From Azospirillum fermentarium (GTDB taxonomy: Bacteria > Pseudomonadota > Alphaproteobacteria > Azospirillales > Azospirillaceae): a DNA stretch of 24,000 nucleotides. The DNA is taken from contig NZ_JAOQNH010000002.1 in assembly GCF_025961205.1 (NCBI RefSeq), positions 1,024,208 through 1,048,207 of the forward strand, written 5' to 3'. The notes below the pieces were generated by a model that was not told the origin of the DNA, ran no database searches, and saw only the letters and a list, made by a program, of their open reading frames with translations. The translations under genes and the position numbers were made by a program. Each line of letters starts with the position of its first letter. Within the stretch, counting starts at the first letter, position 1. Below, piece after piece: positions 9,573-16,680 of this stretch.

Positions 9573-10343
9573 TCAGCGGCCCTGAAACGACGGGTGCCAT
9601 TGCAGGCACAGGCGTTCCAGCCCGCGCGCCAGGCTGTCGGCCAGCTTGCCCAGCAGGGCGTAGATGACGATGCTCAGCACCACCACGTCGATCAGCATGA
9701 AATCCCGCGCGTTCATGGCCAGATAGCCGATGCCCGAGGTGGCGGCGATGGTCTCGGCCACGATGAGCGTCAGCCACATGATGCCGAAGGCGTAGCGCAG
9801 CCCCACCAGCACCGACGGCAGCGCCCCCGGCAGGATCACCTGCACGAACAGATCCCAGTTGGACATGCCATAGGTGCGGCCCATCTCGATCAACTGCCGG
9901 TCCACCGTGCGGATGCCGTGGAAGGTGTTGAGGTAGACGGGGAAGAACACGCCCAGCGCCACCAGGAACAGCTTGGCCTCCTCGTCGATGCCGAACCACA
10001 GGATGACCAGCGGGATCAGCGCCAGATGGGGCACGTTGCGGATCATCTGCAGCGTGCTGTCCAGCAGCGTTTCCGACAGGCGCGACAGCCCGTTGGACAG
10101 CCCGAGCACGAAGCCGATGCCCCCACCCACGGCAAAGCCCGCGGCGGCGCGCAGGAAGCTGATGCGGATGTGCTCGGCCAGTTCGCCCGACCACCCCATG
10201 CGCCACCCCGCCTCCACCACGGCACTGGGCGCCGGCAGGACGCGGGAGGAGAGAAAGCCACCCTGCACCGCCACCTGCCACACCGCCAGCAGCAGGGCGG
10301 GAACCAGCCAGGGCAAAAGCGCGCGAAGCCCGGTCTTGATCAT
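9573..10343 (-). CDS. ssuC: Aliphatic sulfonate ABC transporter permease
   Basis: The translation is a hydrophobic 256-aa protein of the NitT/TauT permease type (…LEMGRTYGMSNWDLFVQVILPGALPS…). The start at ATG 10343 (MIKTGLRALLPWL…) is preceded by GGGAGGGGAGAG. The upstream 73 aa of the track ORF overlap ssuD. Confidence 0.85.
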   Translation of the reverse strand: MIKTGLRALLPWLVPALLLAVWQVAVQGGFLSSRVLPAPSAVVEAGWRMGWSGELAEHIRISFLRAAAGFAVGGGIGFVLGLSNGLSRLSETLLDSTLQMIRNVPHLALIPLVILWFGIDEEAKLFLVALGVFFPVYLNTFHGIRTVDRQLIEMGRTYGMSNWDLFVQVILPGALPSVLVGLRYAFGIMWLTLIVAETIAATSGIGYLAMNARDFMLIDVVVLSIVIYALLGKLADSLARGLERLCLQWHPSFQGR

Positions 10344-10365
10344 CTCTCTCCCCTCCCTTTCACCG

Positions 10366-11547
10366 TCAGGACGCCGAGGCCGCCAGCGGGAACCCCTCGT
10401 TGGAGACGTTTCCGTTGTGCGGGGTGAAATACACGCCCCGGGTCGGGCGGGCGCCGCTTTGGCCGTGCGCGCCCAGCCCCAGTTCGGGGAACAGCAGCTC
10501 GGCCACGCGGTAGGCTTCCTCAAGGTGCGGGTAGCCCGACGCCACGATGGTGTCGATGCCAAGATCCTGGTATTCCCGCAGCCGCGCGGCCACCGTCTTG
10601 GGGTCGCCCACCAGCGCGGTGCCGGCCCCGCCGCGCACCAGACCGACGCCGGCCCACAGGTTGGGACTGATTTCCAGCGCGTCGCGGCGGCCGCCGTGCA
10701 GCGCGGCCATGCGGTGCTGGCCCTCCGCGTCGGATTCCTCGCGGAAACGGCGTTGCGCCTCGGCGATGGTCTCGTCGGACAGGTGGCTGATCAGGCGGTC
10801 GGCGGCGGCCCACGCCTCCGCTTCCGTCTCGCGCACGATCAGGTGCAGGCGCAGGCCATAGCGCAGGGTGCGGCCCAGCTTGGCGGCGCGGGCCTTCACG
10901 TCCTCGATCTTCTCCTTCACCTGTTCCGGCGGTTCGGCCCAGGTCAGGTAGGCGTCGAGCTGTTCGGCGGCCAACTGGTGCGCCGCGGGCGACGAACCGC
11001 CGAAATAGAGCGGCGGATAGGGGCGCTGCACCGGCGGAAACAGCAGCTTACCCCCTTCGACCTTCAGGTGCTTGCCGTCGTGATCGACGGTTTCGCCCTG
11101 GAACAGCCCGCGCAGGATGGTCAGGAACTCGCCCGCGTGCTCATAGCGCTCGTCGTGGCTGAGGAACAGCCCGTCGCCGGCCAGTTCCTGCGGCGCGCCG
11201 CCGGCCACCACGTTGATCAGCAGCCGCCCTTCGGACAGCCGGTCGAGCGTCGCCGCCTGACGGGCCAGCAGCGCCGGGCTGGTCACGCCGGGACGCAGCG
11301 CCAGCAGGAAGCGCAGGTTGCGCGTCTGCGGGATCAGCGAGGCGGCGGTGATCCACGGGTCTTCCATCTGCCGCCCGGTGGGGACCAGCACGCCGAAATA
11401 GCCCAGCCGGTCGGCGGCCAGCGCCACGTCGCGCAGGTAGGTGTTGGTGACCGGGCGGTGCCCGATCTCGGACCCCAGATAGGGGCCGTCGCCGCTGGTG
11501 GGCAGGAACCACAGGAAATCCAGAGGCTTGTTGGTATCGGCGGTCAT
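10366..11547 (-). CDS. ssuD: FMNH2-dependent alkanesulfonate monooxygenase (luciferase-like)
   Basis: The N-terminus [18 protein letters not shown] is the characteristic SsuD opening. The length (393 aa) and the position between ssuA and ssuC match the E. coli ssuEADCB order. The start is ATG 11547. Confidence 0.85.
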   Translation of the reverse strand: MTADTNKPLDFLWFLPTSGDGPYLGSEIGHRPVTNTYLRDVALAADRLGYFGVLVPTGRQMEDPWITAASLIPQTRNLRFLLALRPGVTSPALLARQAATLDRLSEGRLLINVVAGGAPQELAGDGLFLSHDERYEHAGEFLTILRGLFQGETVDHDGKHLKVEGGKLLFPPVQRPYPPLYFGGSSPAAHQLAAEQLDAYLTWAEPPEQVKEKIEDVKARAAKLGRTLRYGLRLHLIVRETEAEAWAAADRLISHLSDETIAEAQRRFREESDAEGQHRMAALHGGRRDALEISPNLWAGVGLVRGGAGTALVGDPKTVAARLREYQDLGIDTIVASGYPHLEEAYRVAELLFPELGLGAHGQSGARPTRGVYFTPHNGNVSNEGFPLAASAS

Positions 11548-11585
11548 ATGTGCGTGTCCCTTTTTTGAAAGAGGTTGTTGGCCGG

Positions 11586-12572
11586 TCAGGATTTCGGCGG
11601 CGTCCACACCGCGTCGCGGATGGACAGCTTCTTCGGGATCAGGCCCAATTCGGCGAAGGTGTCGGCAATGCCCTGCTGGGTGCGGACGTGCTCCTCCCCC
11701 ACCGGGCCGACGCGGTAGGAGGCGCGGGCGGCGGCCACCTTCTGCACATCCGGGTCGATGCCGTTAACGCGGGCGAAGATCTCCGACACCGCGTCGATGT
11801 TGGCCTCGGCCCACACGCCGGCCTTGTCCAGCTCCTCAAGGACGATGGACAGGATCTCGGGGTTCGCCTGGACGAAGGGGCGGCGGGCCAGGAAGAAGCT
11901 GGAGCTTTCCACGATGCCCTCGGCGGTGGTCAGAACCCGCACGCCCGGCTGGCGTTCGGCCAGGGCGAAGTACGGATCCCAGATGGCCCAGGCGTCGATG
12001 CTGCCGCGTTCGAACGCCGCGCGGGCGTCGGCGGGCGACAGGTTGACCGGCTGGATGTCCTTATAGGACAGGCCGGCACGCTTCAGCACCTCCACCACGA
12101 TGTTGTTGGCGTTGGAGCCCTTGACGAAGGCCAGCTTGCGGCCCTTCAGGTCGGCGATGGTCCTGATGGGGCCGTCGTCGCGCACCAGAACCGCCGATAC
12201 CCGCCCAAGATTGGGCTGGCGCCCCACATACAGCAGGTCCGCACCCGCCGCCTGGGCGAAGATGGGCGGGGTGTCGCCGGTGGTGCCGAAATCCAGGCTG
12301 CCGACGTTCAACGCCTCCAGCATCGGCGGGCCGGACGGGAACTCGGTCCATGTCACGGACACGCCCTTGGCCGCCAGACGCTGTTCCAGCGCCCCCGTCC
12401 CCTTCAGCAGCAGCAGCGGCCCGGATTTCTGGTACCCGATGCGCAAGGTCACCGGATCGGCGGCGTGGGACGGCAAGGACGTCACGCTCGCCGACACGGC
12501 GATGGCCGCCACCGCCAGAACATGGCGGACGAAGGCGCGGCGGCCAAGACGGGAGAAAAAGGCGGACGGCAT
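11586..12572 (-). CDS. ssuA: Aliphatic sulfonate-binding periplasmic protein
   Basis: A signal peptide ends …SLPSHAADP, followed by [15 protein letters not shown] and [12 protein letters not shown], which are typical of SsuA. The start is ATG 12572, with GAGGTG upstream. Confidence 0.8.
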   Translation of the reverse strand: MPSAFFSRLGRRAFVRHVLAVAAIAVSASVTSLPSHAADPVTLRIGYQKSGPLLLLKGTGALEQRLAAKGVSVTWTEFPSGPPMLEALNVGSLDFGTTGDTPPIFAQAAGADLLYVGRQPNLGRVSAVLVRDDGPIRTIADLKGRKLAFVKGSNANNIVVEVLKRAGLSYKDIQPVNLSPADARAAFERGSIDAWAIWDPYFALAERQPGVRVLTTAEGIVESSSFFLARRPFVQANPEILSIVLEELDKAGVWAEANIDAVSEIFARVNGIDPDVQKVAAARASYRVGPVGEEHVRTQQGIADTFAELGLIPKKLSIRDAVWTPPKS

Positions 12573-12616
12573 CAAAAACACCTCACGCAAATGGAAAAAC
12601 CCGGTGAGGGATGACG

Positions 12617-12634
12617 TTGCACACGCCATGCCAA
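12617..12634 (-). promoter_or_regulatory. Sigma-54 (-24/-12) promoter candidate P1 for ssuADCB
   Basis: The minus strand reads TTGGCATGGCGTGTGCAA, that is TGGCAtG-N4-gTGCA with the invariant GG and GC separated by exactly 10 nt. The consensus is TGGCACG-N4-TTGCW. The predicted start site near 12608 leaves a leader of about 36 nt before the ssuA ATG. Confidence 0.6.
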
Positions 12635-12710
12635 TGTAAAATTCATTCATTCATCGCCAAATTCATGTGGTTTTCGGGCAAAAAAGCACGCCGGCATTGT
12701 TTCGGGTGGT

Positions 12711-12749
12711 GACGGAGCAGCAGGGGCTGTTGCCGCCTGCTGCTCCGTC
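12711..12749. repeat. Perfect 14-bp-arm inverted repeat (gacggagcagcagg-N11-cctgctgctccgtc)
   Basis: I read this directly from the sequence. Its centre lies about 110 bp upstream of the P1 -12 element, so it could be an enhancer-binding-protein UAS. It could equally be a strong RNA hairpin within any transcript started at P2. Confidence 0.8.
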
Positions 12750-12964
12750 AACAGCATGGAAAGCCCGGCGCGTGAAATCCCGTCCCCACCCGCGCGGGGC
12801 CGGCGGCGGGACAGGGCCGGCAGAACCGGCTGTGTTTTGAAAAGCGGCGGTGGGGCCGCAGGGATGCGGGTCCGGCCCTCCCCGACCGGACCCGCGGCGG
12901 CGGCGGCACCCCCGGTACCACCGCCAAAGGACGGCCACGTGTCAGCGGCCTCCTCCCTGGGAAA

Positions 12965-12981
12965 AAGCACACACCGTGCCA
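12965..12981 (-). promoter_or_regulatory. Second sigma-54 (-24/-12)-like element P2, same orientation as P1
   Basis: The minus strand reads TGGCACGGTGTGTGCTT, that is TGGCACG-N4-gTGCT with GG-N10-GC spacing. It is near-identical to P1 (TGGCAyGGyGTGTGCw) and lies 347 nt upstream of it. No convincing ORF lies downstream. Confidence 0.45.
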
Positions 12982-13165
12982 GAGCCAAGCGCTTGATTCA
13001 CAAGAGTTCGCAAATCACCGTCCTGGGCATGGGGCAACACCCCCGCTGCCATGTGTTGCTGTAGAAACATAATATCAACAATTTTATGTGAATGAATTTT
13101 CTGGACTCACATATTCTATACCGTAATTATGGGGAAATGCCGATCCCAGGGGGTGAGAAAGACCG

Positions 13166-14272
<1,107 letters not shown>

Positions 14273-14343
14273 CCTCCGCACATGCTTCTGAAGGTTGGTT
14301 TTCAAAGTAATATCACGTATATGTTTCCTGGCTGAAAGGTGTT

Positions 14344-15507
14344 TTGATTCGGGACGCGGGCGTGAAACAACGTTTTAACTTCTTCTGCATCCTCGTTATT
14401 ATTTTTTTCCTATCAACGGCCCAGGGCCTGTCCTATGTCTTCATCGACCTTTCGTTGAGCCATATGGGCGCCTCACCCGCGGGCATCGGCCTGAACGCCG
14501 CCATGCCGGCCCTGGGATGGCTGGCCGCCGGGCCGTTCCTTCCCTTCCTTCAGCGCCGTTTCGACTTTTCAAAGATCCTGACCTTTCTTCTGGCGCTGTC
14601 GCTGGCATCCGCCGTGGCGTTCCGGCTGGTCCCCGGCGCCGATGCCTGGCTGGCCCTTCGTCTGGTTTTCGGCAGCGGCATCGGCATCGCCCTGCGGCTC
14701 ATCGAGTATTGGATCAACGCCGGCAGCGCGGATGCCCACCGGGGGCGCACCCTGGGGGTTTATTCCGCGGTCTACTGCACCGGGGCCGCGCTGGGGGCGG
14801 CGGCCCTGCCCCTCACCGGATACCAGGGATGGGCGCCGGTCCTGACGATGGCCGGGTTACTGGCGGCGGGGCTGGCCGCCGTCCTGGCGGTCCCGGCCCC
14901 GCCGCCCCGTTTGCAGCACCGGCCGCACTGGTCCCTGTCTCTGGCAACCGGGCCGGCCTTTCCCGCTCTGGCCGGGGCGCTGGCCTGCGGGATGCTGGAG
15001 AGCATCCCCTACACCCTGATGCCGGTGCAGGTGCTGCGGACCGGAGGGGGCGAGACCCTGGCCGCCTGGACCGCCACCGCCTTTCTGCTGGGCGTGCTGG
15101 TCTTCCCCGTCCTGGCGGGAATGCTGGCCGACCGGATCGGACAGTCCCCGGTTCTGGTCCTGTGCGGCGGCGTGGCTCTGGTCATTCCGGTGCTCCTGCC
15201 GCCATCCCTGCCGGAACCGCCTCTGTTCCTGGCTCTGATGTTCGCCTGGGGCGGGGCTGGGGGAACCATCTACGCCCTGACCCTGGCGGTCATCGGCGCA
15301 CGGTTCAGGGATGCCGAGCTGTCCGGGGCCAATGCGCTGTTCGGGGTGGCCAACGGGGCCGGGGCCCTGGCCGGGCCGATCCTCAACGGCACCCTCATGG
15401 AAATCCACCCCACCCATGGATTGACCGCCACCAGCATGCTCCTCCCCCTGCTGTTCCTGGGGGCGATGGCAACCGTGCCGCTGCTGTGGCGGACGAAGGA
15501 GGCCTGA
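14344..15507 (+). CDS. MFS transporter
   Basis: The translation is a 387-aa hydrophobic protein with about 12 predicted spans and an MFS-like loop (…HRGRTLGVYS…). The start is TTG 14344, with AAGGTG upstream, or GTG 14362. The stop overlaps the luxR-type start (TGATG). Confidence 0.75.
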   Translation: MIRDAGVKQRFNFFCILVIIFFLSTAQGLSYVFIDLSLSHMGASPAGIGLNAAMPALGWLAAGPFLPFLQRRFDFSKILTFLLALSLASAVAFRLVPGADAWLALRLVFGSGIGIALRLIEYWINAGSADAHRGRTLGVYSAVYCTGAALGAAALPLTGYQGWAPVLTMAGLLAAGLAAVLAVPAPPPRLQHRPHWSLSLATGPAFPALAGALACGMLESIPYTLMPVQVLRTGGGETLAAWTATAFLLGVLVFPVLAGMLADRIGQSPVLVLCGGVALVIPVLLPPSLPEPPLFLALMFAWGGAGGTIYALTLAVIGARFRDAELSGANALFGVANGAGALAGPILNGTLMEIHPTHGLTATSMLLPLLFLGAMATVPLLWRTKEA

Positions 15508-16256
15508 TGCCCGACACCAAAGACCGTCAGAAATTTTTCGATGCCGTGGACAGCTTCCGTCAGGCGGACAGCATCGATGATCTGTGGAACCGGCTCCATA
15601 GGGTGCTGGCGGATTACGGTGTGGGCGGCATCTTTTACGGTTCGATGGTGCTGCCTTATGTCGGCAACCGCAAGAACCATCAGGCTTTCATCATCAGCAG
15701 CTACCGGCAGGATTACCTGGAAGTGAAACTGAGCCCAGAATACCTCGATCACGACCCATATTACAATAGATTGATTTCTGAAAAAAAAGACATTCTTTGG
15801 TCTAATATTGGAATATTTGATACATTTAGTGAAATGGAGCTGAAATCAACATACATTGATTTTGATTTCAATATAACAACCGGCGTTACGCTGCCGTTCC
15901 AGTTCGCGGGCAACCTGGGGATCAGCGGCTGCTCGCTGCACACCCCCCATCTCTCATGGGGAGAATTCGAGCGTCTCTGGCAGGAGAAGGGACCGCTGGT
16001 CCGTCAGATCGTATCGGCCTTCGATGTCTGTATGCGGGAGCGGCACATCCGCGGCATCTATCCCCTGACCCCCCGCGAAACCGAATGCCTGCAATGGCTT
16101 GCCAATGGCCTCCGCCCCCAGCAGATCGCCTTCCATCTTGGTACCCACGCCAAGACGGTGGAAAAGCAGATCAGCGATGCCCGTGCCAAGCTCCAGGCCA
16201 ACAACGCCGCCCAAGCGGTGGCCAAGGCCCTGATACTCGGCTTGATTGAAATCTGA
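15507..16256 (+). CDS. LuxR-family regulator with an N-terminal autoinducer-binding-type domain (LuxR solo)
   Basis: The C-terminal HTH reads LTPRETECLQWLANGLRPQQIAFHLGTHAKTVEKQI. The N-terminal segment AFIISSYRQDYLEVKLSPEYLDHDPYYNRLISEKKDILW aligns without gaps, by eye and from memory, to LasR [39 protein letters not shown]. The 579-aa track ORF is a frame artefact, because its first ~330 aa lie out of frame over the MFS gene. Confidence 0.8.
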   Translation: MPDTKDRQKFFDAVDSFRQADSIDDLWNRLHRVLADYGVGGIFYGSMVLPYVGNRKNHQAFIISSYRQDYLEVKLSPEYLDHDPYYNRLISEKKDILWSNIGIFDTFSEMELKSTYIDFDFNITTGVTLPFQFAGNLGISGCSLHTPHLSWGEFERLWQEKGPLVRQIVSAFDVCMRERHIRGIYPLTPRETECLQWLANGLRPQQIAFHLGTHAKTVEKQISDARAKLQANNAAQAVAKALILGLIEI

Positions 16257-16354
16257 TCGTCCTTTGGCTATGGGGAAAATCCCCCAGTTGCCCCTTGACC
16301 CCTCCCTTTCTAAGGTCAAGCGGTTTTGAACGAAATCCTCACCGGAACGGGAAC

Positions 16355-16570
16355 ATGAGCGACGGCACAGAAGCGTCTCCGCCACTTTCCAGCCGGGAAA
16401 AAGAATGCCTTTTCCACCTTGCCCAGGGAATGACAACCGCACGTCTCGCCGAGGCATTGGGAATATCGGAGAAAACGGCGGAAAAACACATAACATCCGC
16501 CCGGAAGAAGATAGGAGCGAAAACACGCGAGCATGCGGTTGCTATCGCCATAAGACATAATCTTTTCTGA
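16355..16570 (+). CDS. Small stand-alone LuxR/GerE-type HTH protein (71 aa)
   Basis: The sequence LSSREKECLFHLAQGMTTARLAEALGISEKTAEKHITSARKKIGAKTREHAVAIAIRHNLF is a complete GerE-type HTH with only about 10 residues ahead of it. I prefer ATG 16355 to the track start 16295, which is an alternative start codon. Confidence 0.65.
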   Translation: MSDGTEASPPLSSREKECLFHLAQGMTTARLAEALGISEKTAEKHITSARKKIGAKTREHAVAIAIRHNLF

Positions 16571-16608
16571 ATTAAATACCACACGAAAACGCCAACGAGC
16601 CGTCAAGC

Positions 16609-16640
16609 GGGCAGGATGTCATCCTGCCCGATTACTTTTC
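16609..16640 (+). terminator. Rho-independent terminator candidate after the small HTH gene
   Basis: A 9-bp stem, gggcaggat-gtc-atcctgccc (16609-16629), is followed by gattacttttcc. Confidence 0.45.
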
Positions 16641-16680
16641 CATTGCCTCTGCCATAACGATCAACATAGGAAATGTACGG

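Noticed and set aside
8571-11568. Long plus- and minus-strand ORFs across the ssu operon (8571..10427 +, 8650..10281 -, 9973..11568 +).
   Set aside because: These are Arg/Gly/Pro/His/Gln-rich low-complexity translations, out of frame with or antisense to genes that have clear Walker, ABC-signature and SsuD motifs.
12647-13064. Small ORFs in the ssuA-activator spacer (113 aa and 91 aa on the minus strand, 74 aa on the minus strand, 102 aa on the plus strand).
   Set aside because: The translations are low-complexity. My hand-counted third-position GC is about 65-75%, lower than the surrounding genes appear to use. Only the 91-aa frame has a Shine-Dalgarno-like tract (GGAGG, 10 nt from a GTG). 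I treat these as non-coding pending expression data.
14517-15506. The N-terminal 330 aa of the 579-aa ORF 14517..16256.
   Set aside because: This part lies out of frame over the MFS gene and translates to Arg/Gly/Pro junk. The recognisable LuxR protein begins at ATG 15507, which is coupled to the MFS stop.
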